The notes under the pieces are model-generated. The model did no database searches, was not told where the DNA came from, and saw only the letters and a list, made by a program, of their open reading frames with translations. Both the position numbers and the translations under genes were made by a program. A stretch of DNA of 24,628 nt from Candidatus Hermodarchaeota archaeon (lineage in GTDB: Archaea; Asgardarchaeota; Hermodarchaeia; Hermodarchaeales; Hermodarchaeaceae), in the NCBI GenBank assembly GCA_016840065.1, contig JAEOTB010000082.1, positions 1 through 24,628 of the forward strand. Reading direction: 5' to 3'. Positions 7,852 through 15,714 of this stretch are shown piece by piece (position 1 is the stretch's first letter; each line of letters begins with the position of its first letter).

Positions 7852-8673
7852 CTAGATAACGCTAGCATAAACGATGTGCTCTTTGTAGGGAACTACATCG
7901 ATGTGCCGCTCATCGGTCTTCAGCTCTTCCATGAATACCGTCATAGCTTGGGCTACATCTTCTGGAAGCATAGCCTTCCGTTCACCCCTTAGTGCTTCAG
8001 GAACATAGCTATCACGGAGCAGGCGCATACCCGACTCACAAAAACTTGTATTATCTCCGAAGTATTCGAAGCCACTCACGGCACCATTGATGATTACTAT
8101 CATGCCGACCTGGTGTTGCCAAGGTTCAAAGTTAGCGACAAAGCGTTCGAAGTCGGCACCAAGGGCTTGATAGATGGCACCAAGGGCCTCCGAACGGGAT
8201 TCCACACCCCACTCTTCCAGATATTGTTCAATAAGTTTCCAAATCTCTTCTTGCTTCTTTTCCTCAAGAACTGCTCGCCGAATAGTTAGGGGGATATCAG
8301 AAAGCGTCCATTCCTTTCCACTACGGCGCCAGCGTTGGTGCTCAATGCAGTATACATTGATTGTTCTCCTACGACCAGAGATTACTTGGCTCTTCTTCAC
8401 GATACGGTCCTGCCTTCCCCCAGCTAGCAACCCCTCACAGGCACGAAGCAACACAGGCTCCTTAGGCTCAAAGAGCAACCCGGTATATTGACCTACATCG
8501 TGGATTTCCACTTTTTCTTGGGCTAGGGCTTGACGGAGGGAGAGGATAGGCTGCTCTTGTGGTGCAGCCTTGTCGAGCAGGCCGATAACCGCGATGTTAC
8601 CCACGAGCTGGGGCTCAGCGAATGTGGTCGATTGGATTAAGCTGAGAATCTCAGCGCCATTGCTTTCAGTCAT
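7852..8673 (-). CDS. ARPP/DUF6569-like protein
   Basis: LSLRQAL...VEIHDVG, PVLL...E..LAGGRQDRIV, INVYCIEHQRW, QEEIW, QVGMIVIING...EYF and LLRDSY match the ARPP-1/DUF6569 pattern as I recall it. Overlaps the upstream gene by 8 nt. Confidence 0.7.
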   Translation of the reverse strand: MTESNGAEILSLIQSTTFAEPQLVGNIAVIGLLDKAAPQEQPILSLRQALAQEKVEIHDVGQYTGLLFEPKEPVLLRACEGLLAGGRQDRIVKKSQVISGRRRTINVYCIEHQRWRRSGKEWTLSDIPLTIRRAVLEEKKQEEIWKLIEQYLEEWGVESRSEALGAIYQALGADFERFVANFEPWQHQVGMIVIINGAVSGFEYFGDNTSFCESGMRLLRDSYVPEALRGERKAMLPEDVAQAMTVFMEELKTDERHIDVVPYKEHIVYASVI

Positions 8674-10111
8674 TTTTTATCACCTCAAGGATGTGCCCAA
8701 GGAACCGTAAGCCCCGCAGCGGAAGGAAGATTTCATTCTCTGCTCCGAGACGGGTGGCGGCTTCAGGTTCCAGTGGATTAATTGTGGGGTTCAATGTCAG
8801 GATGGTGGTCTCCTTCATCTTCTCAGCCACGAGCTTTTCATGACCTCGGTACGGGATGTTTGACTGACCATCCGTAATAAGGATTAGCCATCTGGGTTTG
8901 AGCTTGGCTACTGCTTCTAGACCTCGGGATAAACTGGTGGGGTTGTAAGCCTCGTTTGTCCCAAAGGTTTCAGCAATCCCTTCTACACCTTCACATTTGG
9001 GTACCTCTTCGATGACGTCTCTGATTAGGAAGGTCGGTATACCCTGGGAAACAGCAACAAGCGCTGCCAGCTCCCAGATTACACGTGTGAGCGCGTTGGT
9101 CTTGGTTAGCATCATGCTGCGGCTGGCGTCACAGAGTACAACGCTGTCCTGTGGGAAAGTGATGGGGGTGTGTTCGAGGCAGGTTTGGAAGGGTTTCCTC
9201 AGTGCTTCAGCTAGATCGGGGTGTTGGAGAATTACACTGCCTAACTCAGCAGGGTCGAAGAAAGTCGCTGCCCGCTCCATCCGCTGCAGCCACAGGTTTC
9301 GGTGACTATCCAAGAAGCCACAACGCCGCATTGCATCAGTACGCCTAAGCACCTCATAGTTCGTCATCTTGTCAAAGGCTGCCTCATAGAACGGCAGGGA
9401 TGTGGTATCCAGTACTCCTGAGGCAAACCCCTCCAGGGTTCTAAAGGGAAGCCTGCTCTGCTGGACGTCTTCTATTGTCAAGGATTTAATGATAGCCTTA
9501 AGCTGAATCCTTACAAAGTCATCAAGGAAAGAGCGGGTCTGCTCATCTTCCACCTGCTCGAGGTGCCCTTTACGTTTGAAGAGAAGCCCTGCAGCAAGAT
9601 GGCCTAGATCACCCTTGAACTTGGTGTGGGCACGGTAGCAAACTGCCCTCCATGGCTTCCGGGTTTTAGTAAACCAGAGGGCGACAGTTCGAAGCCCCCG
9701 CTTTTCAGCGATGTGCTTGAGAAATCGCCATACGAAGTTTCGCCCACGCCGGCCTAAGCTAGTACGCTGGAGACCTAGTTCCTTGTGAAAATCGAGGATG
9801 TTCAGCCAGAAAGTTGGCATGTGGTCTGGTCGTGCCTGCTCAAGGAGATTGGTAACATCTTGTCCTTGATCGAAGAGATAGATGGCACAAAGCACCTTGT
9901 GGGAACTAAGCATGACAGGGAGAACCCGCTCAATGTATTCTTGGTATCTTGGGTCACCCTTGTAGCGGCGGTGCACCTCTGCAGCAACACCGACTGTCTG
10001 GTCCTGCGAGAAGTAGTACTGCGGACGAAAGGTGTTAATCGTCACAGTAGTGAGGAAATCGATGGGCACCACGATTTCGGTGCGCTGTTGCAGAGCCTTC
10101 ATTTTGTTCAT
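8666..10111 (-). CDS. Ro60/Rsr-like TROVE + vWA domain protein
   Basis: C-terminal vWA MIDAS (LCDASRSM, PTSL, LITDGQSN). The helical N-terminus has Ro60-like segments: SLGRRGRNFVWRFL (cf. WGRALRKAV), ALWFTKTRKPWRAVCYRAHTK (cf. KY...DLLRLSHxK), LPFRTLEG and MTNYEVLRRTDAMRRCG (cf. MPLTALLRNLGKM). Confidence 0.75.
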   Translation of the reverse strand: MNKMKALQQRTEIVVPIDFLTTVTINTFRPQYYFSQDQTVGVAAEVHRRYKGDPRYQEYIERVLPVMLSSHKVLCAIYLFDQGQDVTNLLEQARPDHMPTFWLNILDFHKELGLQRTSLGRRGRNFVWRFLKHIAEKRGLRTVALWFTKTRKPWRAVCYRAHTKFKGDLGHLAAGLLFKRKGHLEQVEDEQTRSFLDDFVRIQLKAIIKSLTIEDVQQSRLPFRTLEGFASGVLDTTSLPFYEAAFDKMTNYEVLRRTDAMRRCGFLDSHRNLWLQRMERAATFFDPAELGSVILQHPDLAEALRKPFQTCLEHTPITFPQDSVVLCDASRSMMLTKTNALTRVIWELAALVAVSQGIPTFLIRDVIEEVPKCEGVEGIAETFGTNEAYNPTSLSRGLEAVAKLKPRWLILITDGQSNIPYRGHEKLVAEKMKETTILTLNPTINPLEPEAATRLGAENEIFLPLRGLRFLGHILEVIKND

Positions 10112-10245
10112 GGGGATCGCCTACAGGATTAATCGGAGCCAACACACCCATGGGGGCTTGTATACCTAACTAGGTGTGTCTATCCGTTTTCGAAGTTTTC
10201 AATCTTGTACTTGAAATCAATTCGGTGTTTTTTGATCGCCCCATG
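10109..10245 (-). ncRNA. Structured 5' leader or second RNA unit upstream of the TROVE gene
   Basis: Nested inverted repeats: CATGGGG (10109-10115) with CCCCATG (10239-10245); CGGA 10134-10137 with TCCG 10183-10186; AACACACC 10141-10148 with GGTGTGTC 10173-10180; TTTCAA with TTGAAA (10197-10216). No ORF. Confidence 0.4.
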
Positions 10246-10257
10246 TTAATATTCAAA

Positions 10258-10340
10258 GATAGGGTACAGCAGGGGCAAAATGGGAATCCATCCCAATCAT
10301 TGATCAAGGGAACATCGTAATGCCCCTAATTCGACCCTTC
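10258..10340 (-). ncRNA. Candidate Y-RNA-like RNA
   Basis: 5'-AGGGU-CGAAUU-AGGGGCA...UGCCCCU-GCUGU-ACCCU-3'. The 5' and 3' ends pair, with GUCGAA on the 5' strand. Internal hairpin UGGGA-UGGAU-UCCCA. Starts ~25 nt downstream of a TATA box and lies upstream of a TROVE gene. Confidence 0.55.
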
Positions 10341-10351
10341 ACAAGGCAGAA

Positions 10352-10372
10352 AAGAAAACGAGTTTATAAGCT
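10352..10372. promoter_or_regulatory. Bidirectional BRE/TATA promoter
   Basis: AAGAAAACGAG-TTTATAAG on the plus strand and CTTATAAA on the minus strand. Structured elements begin ~25 nt away on both sides (10391 and 10340). Confidence 0.6.
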
Positions 10373-10390
10373 TAATGGAAATAAAGAGGC

Positions 10391-10526
10391 GCGGGAACAG
10401 GAGAGGCATCTACGCCCGGGGGCGTCTTCTCACGACAGGGATTTCCCTGTAGCCTCTGCTCGTCGCAGAGGTTTGAAGCCTATTACGTAACTTAACGCAT
10501 TGTAACGCCTAACAAACGTCCCGCCA
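10391..10526 (+). ncRNA. Candidate ~135-nt multi-hairpin ncRNA of unknown family
   Basis: Closing stem GCGGGA (10391-10396) with TCCCGC (10519-10524). Hairpins at 10401-10431, 10435-10450 (ACAGGG-attt-CCCTGT) and 10451-10473 (AGCCTCTGC-tcgtc-GCAGAGGTT). A TATA box lies at canonical distance. Confidence 0.5.
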
Positions 10527-10658
10527 CTTTGGGAAATGAAAACTCGCTAATAAAAGAGTTACGCAGGTAAGGGCACAGGGGGGTTTGACCGCGTATCCTA
10601 AAGGGTTGAGATTTTAGTAAAAGCCAAATAATGTTAGATATGTGGTTGATTGATTGTC

Positions 10659-11090
10659 ATGTCGGGTCGGATTGTCCCTTGTGTGGGTGCTGTGATTCTT
10701 GATGACGCTGGAAAAGTGCTTCTAGTCAAACATGTCCCTGAGAAAGGTGGGTTCTGGGCGGGTAAATACATCTGTCCGGGTGGACGGTTAGAGTATGGTG
10801 AATTATTGGAGGCAGGTGTCCGAAGGGAAGTCTTAGAAGAGACAGGACTCGAAATCGATATCCTGCGGTGGTTGCCACCCATGGAACGGATAATATTGAC
10901 GCCCGAAGGCATCATTGAGGATCACGTACTCTATCTAGATGCGGTAGCGCGAGTCAGGAGTGGAACATTCGTCCCCCAATCCGATGTGGGTGAGGGTCGA
11001 TGGGTTGACATTAAGAAACTGCCAGAGCTGTTAGAAGAAATCCACGAAGATACCGCTACCCTACTGCGGCAAGCAGGTATGCTTCCCTAA
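10659..11090 (+). CDS. NUDIX hydrolase
   Basis: Nudix box PGGRLEYGELLEAGVRREVLEETGL. Confidence 0.92.
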   Translation: MSGRIVPCVGAVILDDAGKVLLVKHVPEKGGFWAGKYICPGGRLEYGELLEAGVRREVLEETGLEIDILRWLPPMERIILTPEGIIEDHVLYLDAVARVRSGTFVPQSDVGEGRWVDIKKLPELLEEIHEDTATLLRQAGMLP

Positions 11091-11641
11091 GCCATCTCTT
11101 CCTGTAGCTGTAAAATCGTGCTCAGAAGCTCCTTGGGGTGGCTCAACAGAATCATGCCTTTCATGGCACGGAGTTTCTCAACATTCTCTAGGTCTACTTC
11201 ACGGTTTGTTAAAGTCAGAGTTTCGCCGCTAGGTAAGACCGTCTCAATGCTGCCTGGCTTCTGGTCAACTGGGTAGATGATAATTGGCACATCTGTCTTT
11301 TGTGCCTGCGCAACAGAGTTTGTCACAAGAGTATCAGCAATCCCGTGCACAATCTTTGCAACCGAGTTTGCCGTTGCAGGCATCACCACCAAGAAATCAT
11401 ATTTACGGCGTTGCAACACCCCTGGAATGAAAGGTGTGTTGGGGTCGATTTCGACCTTTACCTTGGAGGTGAGTGCTTTGACATCCTCCATGAGCTTGTA
11501 CCAATTCACAACCTTCTCTCCTGCTTTGGACATGAAAATCATGACCTTATAATCGGTCGACTGAAGGACCTCTCGGATTGCTTCCACGGATTCTTTGAGG
11601 TAATCTCCTGCCCCAGTAATTGCCCATGCAAACTTGGCCAT
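11087..11641 (-). CDS. afpA: Archaeoflavoprotein AfpA family (HFCD-type flavoprotein)
   Basis: AWAITGAG, MSKAGEKV, PATANSVAKIVHGIADTLVTNSVAQAQK, PVDQ and REVDLENVEKL. ATG 11641 follows a GGTGA RBS. Confidence 0.85.
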   Translation of the reverse strand: MAKFAWAITGAGDYLKESVEAIREVLQSTDYKVMIFMSKAGEKVVNWYKLMEDVKALTSKVKVEIDPNTPFIPGVLQRRKYDFLVVMPATANSVAKIVHGIADTLVTNSVAQAQKTDVPIIIYPVDQKPGSIETVLPSGETLTLTNREVDLENVEKLRAMKGMILLSHPKELLSTILQLQEEMA

Positions 11642-11733
11642 CAGTAATTTCACCTAGTGTTATTGGTGATTGTTAATAGGTAACAGAGATAAAAACGTAT
11701 GATACTTCCTATAATAAGCAGGTAATGGTTTTT

Positions 11734-13443
11734 CTAATCCCGCAGCGTTTTAGCTGCTAGTACCTTGCCCAGAAGGTAATTTAGAAGAATGCCAAACCAG
11801 ACGCTAATCAGCCCTCCAAAGTGGGCGATATCAATGGAGAACCCGAGAATAGCCAGGTATAGCCAAGTTAGCGCATACAATCCCAAGGGGACAAGGGCAA
11901 GAATTGCAGCAAGCATTCCCACAACCAGCATCTGGCCGATGTGTTGACTTATTTCAAAGCCCACGAGGCGGCCACCACCAATAATTCGAGTGAACAATAC
12001 AAGGGAAAGGAATGCCGCAACATAGACCAGCGGGACCATCGTTACGCCAAGGGCTAGGGAGACCCAGGAGGTCAAGGGGCGGAAGAGCGAAACTACAAAG
12101 ACTATCACTGGAATAACGATTGCCATACAGGTTATGAGCTGAGCCTTCGATCGGAGGATAGTTTCTGTTTTTAGTGGCAGCGTCAGAGTGAACGCCATCC
12201 CCCGCGCTTCAACACTTAAGAAGAATATAGCAAAGAATGAAAGCATGGTTGCAGGGGTGGTAATTATCAGGAGAATATCTGTGACAAGGATTGCACCAGT
12301 TCCCTCGAAGAATTGGAAAAGCCAGGGCAACATCATTAGCAATGGGAGGAAGAACATTATCGCTTGACCAGGCGTTCGAAAAGCGATACGCAAATCCTTA
12401 CGCATAACCGCAGCACCAACGCTGCTGACTTTGACAGATACAGGCCGAATAACGGTAGGGCCAGTCTCGACCACTGCTCCTGCACCAATCCGGGTAAGGA
12501 ACCCTCCACTCCACCGCAGGCCAAGAACCCCAAGGACTGCAAAAACAAGGGAGGAGGCAGCCCCAAACCAAAGAGGTGGTGTGCCAGGAATACCTGTGGC
12601 TTGCGCGACTACAAAACCGAAGGAGAAGGGGAAGACGAAGGAGAGCCAGCTCCAGTAGGGACTAAGGGTAACCGCAATTGATTCAATAACGGGAAGGATG
12701 AAAGAAAGCATCTGCAGGGAAACTGAGAAGCCCATGATGGCCAAAACAAAGAATAGGGTGAAAACTAGGCGCATTACAGTACTAAAGCGGGAACCCCCCG
12801 ACGACTGTATTTTAGAATGGAAATAAATTGCCAATAGTAACATCACAGTAACAGCTAAGGCCATTGCCACCAAGGTAGCGCCTAGGCAGAAGAGAAAACC
12901 CAACAGAGAAAATGTAGCAACAAAGTAAGCCAATGGAAAGGCAACAACAACTGTAATGATCTGGATGTCAAACATCCGGATAAACCCAAAGAGCGCGAGT
13001 TTACCAGCATCAGACCGAGACATTGGAAGGTGCAGACCAATCGAGGCAGCCCCAGAAGAAATGAAGGAAGTCACCTGCATCACACCCCAGAAGGTCAGGA
13101 AGCCAAAGTTCATCAGCGCAAATACAGAGACCGTTAGGGCTACAGTCGTCCATTGGAGGTCAGGGCTGATTTCTAGGAATCCTGATAGAGTTGCCCAGAC
13201 TAGGAATCCGAAGGTGGCTGCGAGAATGAGTGTGAATATACTGACCATACCCTTATTCATCCGGCTGTTACTGCGTGCCTTCTTGATTTGTTTCTCTATT
13301 GATTGACCAAAAGCGCCCTGGCTCATCTCTAGGGCAGAATGGAACTGTACCTCGAAACTGATTTTTCCTGCGAGCCTCCAAATAGCACGCAAACCCAGAC
13401 CATCAGGAAGGGAAGTAGATTCAGACACCAAGTTACACCTCAC
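11734..13443 (-). CDS. ABC-2 type exporter permease
   Basis: Many TM helices in two repeated halves, LHLPMS and LTLPLK motifs, KDLRIAFRTP. Directly downstream of an ABC ATPase. Start uncertain. Confidence 0.8.
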   Translation of the reverse strand: MRCNLVSESTSLPDGLGLRAIWRLAGKISFEVQFHSALEMSQGAFGQSIEKQIKKARSNSRMNKGMVSIFTLILAATFGFLVWATLSGFLEISPDLQWTTVALTVSVFALMNFGFLTFWGVMQVTSFISSGAASIGLHLPMSRSDAGKLALFGFIRMFDIQIITVVVAFPLAYFVATFSLLGFLFCLGATLVAMALAVTVMLLLAIYFHSKIQSSGGSRFSTVMRLVFTLFFVLAIMGFSVSLQMLSFILPVIESIAVTLSPYWSWLSFVFPFSFGFVVAQATGIPGTPPLWFGAASSLVFAVLGVLGLRWSGGFLTRIGAGAVVETGPTVIRPVSVKVSSVGAAVMRKDLRIAFRTPGQAIMFFLPLLMMLPWLFQFFEGTGAILVTDILLIITTPATMLSFFAIFFLSVEARGMAFTLTLPLKTETILRSKAQLITCMAIVIPVIVFVVSLFRPLTSWVSLALGVTMVPLVYVAAFLSLVLFTRIIGGGRLVGFEISQHIGQMLVVGMLAAILALVPLGLYALTWLYLAILGFSIDIAHFGGLISVWFGILLNYLLGKVLAAKTLRD

Positions 13444-13461
13444 AATGGAGCAGGGAAGTAC

Positions 13462-14274
13462 TTATCGCCGGGTTTCCTTTAGTGCTCGTCGGAGTGCCTC
13501 CACAGTTGCTGCAACTTCTGCGTCCTGCTGGACTGCTCGGAGGAATACCTCCTCAAGAGAGCCTCCAACTGATTTGACCATCTTACGCAGTTCCTTGACT
13601 GTTCCCTCAGCGACCATCTTGCCTTGATCGATGATGCCAATTCGGTCGCAGAGGCTTTCTGCAACTTCGAGGATGTGGGAGGAGAAGAGTATCCCTCCAC
13701 CGTTTTCCAGATGGAAATTTAAGACATCCTTCAGGACCCGTGCAGACCGGGCATCTAGTCCGCTAAGCGGTTCATCGAGGACTAGTAGTTGCGGCTCATG
13801 TAGAAGTGCTGTAATGACTGAAACTTTTTGTTTAGTTCCATGACTCAGAGCCGCAATGGGTTTGTCGAAGTATTCCTGTAGTTCAAAGGCTTCCACGAAA
13901 GAGCGGAGACGCTGTCTGACAAAGGCTGGTTCTAATTTACGAACCGAAGCGACGAAGTCGAAGAATTCACGGGGAGTCAAAGACTTGTACAGGATGTGGT
14001 CCTCGGGTACAAGACCGATTCGCTGCTTGACTTCGATGGGATTCTTTATCGGGTCAAATCCAAAGACCTCTACTCTCCCTTCTGTTGGAGGAAGAAGCCC
14101 TGCAATCATCTTGACGGTCGTCGTCTTTCCTGCACCGTTAGGTCCAAGTAGTCCATAGATTTCACCGGCGTTAACTTGGAAGGATAAATCGTCGACTGCA
14201 ACCTTATCACCGAATTTACGTATGAGGTTTTTAGCGATGATGGGTACGCCATTTCCTTTCGCTTGACCAGACAT
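13462..14274 (-). CDS. ABC transporter ATP-binding protein
   Basis: Walker A GPNGAGKTT, signature LSHGTKQK, Walker B LLVLDEP and H-loop SSH. Confidence 0.95.
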   Translation of the reverse strand: MSGQAKGNGVPIIAKNLIRKFGDKVAVDDLSFQVNAGEIYGLLGPNGAGKTTTVKMIAGLLPPTEGRVEVFGFDPIKNPIEVKQRIGLVPEDHILYKSLTPREFFDFVASVRKLEPAFVRQRLRSFVEAFELQEYFDKPIAALSHGTKQKVSVITALLHEPQLLVLDEPLSGLDARSARVLKDVLNFHLENGGGILFSSHILEVAESLCDRIGIIDQGKMVAEGTVKELRKMVKSVGGSLEEVFLRAVQQDAEVAATVEALRRALKETRR

Positions 14275-14384
14275 GAGGGTTCACCTAGCAGATATGTGTC
14301 TTCCACTCAAAGGAGGGGAATATTCTGGAAACATGTTGATGAGTCCGTTGGGTCAAAGAGAAGGGAGTGTAGCTAAAAAGTTTG

Positions 14385-15614
14385 TTAATCAGTACCATCC
14401 TTCTCTTGTCTTTCCTCTTTGCGTGGGTTGATGAAAGGAACACAGACAGCAGCTATCAGAGTTAAGAGGGCTAAGAGGAGGAAACCCAATGTCCAGGTAC
14501 CATATACGAGTTGAGTACTGCTAACAATTAGGATACCGAAAGAGCCGAATCCAAACCTGGCAAAGAAGCTGTAGCCAAAGACCGTTCCCCGGTTACGCTC
14601 TGTAGCAAGCTGCGCCACCATAGTGTTGCTAGCTGCTTGAGCTGCAAAGAAGGAGAAGCCGAAAAGCAGTATTGCCGCAATTAACCTCATATCTTCTATA
14701 AGACTCGGTGAGTAAGGTAGGGAGAGCAGAAGCAGGGAAACACTAGAAAGGACGCAAGAATAGATGAGTATTATTTTCCAGCCCATCTGATCCGTGAGGC
14801 GACCACCAACTTCCTGTCCTATAGCCCCCCCAACGTAGATTAGTGTGCCCAGTATACCAGCCAAGACAAGGAGCGTCTCTAGTTCTCGATTCAAGTAAAT
14901 AGGAAGTGCTGTTACCGTTCCTCTGTAGAACATGCCACGGGTGATGAGGGCAACAGACATTAGCCCAAAGACTACCACGGACATGGCACTAAAGAACCCA
15001 CTTCCCATAGAGGAACTAGGTTGAGCTTTTGCCTCCTGCTGAGGTTTTACTGCGTGGGATCGTATACAAATAAACGATACAAATAACCCCGCAGCTGCTA
15101 GAACAGGGAATATCAAGGGCCAGGCAGGTGTACTCAGAATAGCAGCTGAAATGATTGGGGATGCAGCTTGACCAATACTACCACCGATACCATGTCTACC
15201 AAGAGCTTTCCCTCGATTCTTGGTAAAGACATTAGATACCCAGGAGGTTCCCGCTGGATGATAGAGTCCGGCTCCGAAGCTATAGAGGATGAAAAGGAGA
15301 GCGATTGCCATGAGTCCAAGGGGCCAAAGAAAGAATAAGGCAATACCCGATGCTACAGTAAGTGACAATCCGAGAGCTATCACTCTGGTAGGAGCAATCT
15401 TATCAGCTAGAATTCCTGCAGGGATTGCACTAAGGCCGAAGATGAAGTAAGCAGGAGTGTTTAGAAGGAGTACGACGAGCCCTTCCTGACCTGGCGGAAC
15501 CGCTGTTACTTCAAGGAGCTTTGCTGTGATGTATGGAAGGGCAAGCATCAGTAGGTGAACAAGTCCATGGGCTGTTCCAGTGATTAATAATGTCGACGTC
15601 TTGCTACTGACCAT
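14385..15614 (-). CDS. MFS transporter (FSR-like)
   Basis: About 12 TM helices; GILADKIAP, GLYHPAG, RGKALGRHG and GGRLTDQMG. Confidence 0.9.
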   Translation of the reverse strand: MVSSKTSTLLITGTAHGLVHLLMLALPYITAKLLEVTAVPPGQEGLVVLLLNTPAYFIFGLSAIPAGILADKIAPTRVIALGLSLTVASGIALFFLWPLGLMAIALLFILYSFGAGLYHPAGTSWVSNVFTKNRGKALGRHGIGGSIGQAASPIISAAILSTPAWPLIFPVLAAAGLFVSFICIRSHAVKPQQEAKAQPSSSMGSGFFSAMSVVVFGLMSVALITRGMFYRGTVTALPIYLNRELETLLVLAGILGTLIYVGGAIGQEVGGRLTDQMGWKIILIYSCVLSSVSLLLLSLPYSPSLIEDMRLIAAILLFGFSFFAAQAASNTMVAQLATERNRGTVFGYSFFARFGFGSFGILIVSSTQLVYGTWTLGFLLLALLTLIAAVCVPFINPRKEERQEKDGTD

Positions 15615-15714
15615 GACTGTTCTACCACTTTAACTGGGGCAACCAAGATTATTGCTACAAGCCTTAAGCTTTTCACCTAAGCGAAAAGGATGTTGAGTAG
15701 ATTGAGGTGACCTC

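Noticed and set aside
10391-10526. tRNA, tmRNA, SRP, RNase P, 5S or telomerase-RNA identity for the plus-strand element
   Set aside because: No T-loop or anticodon arm geometry, no discriminator+CCA register, no SRP helix-8 or RNase P P4 motifs, and no reverse transcriptase nearby. The TAAC units resemble a telomerase template only superficially.
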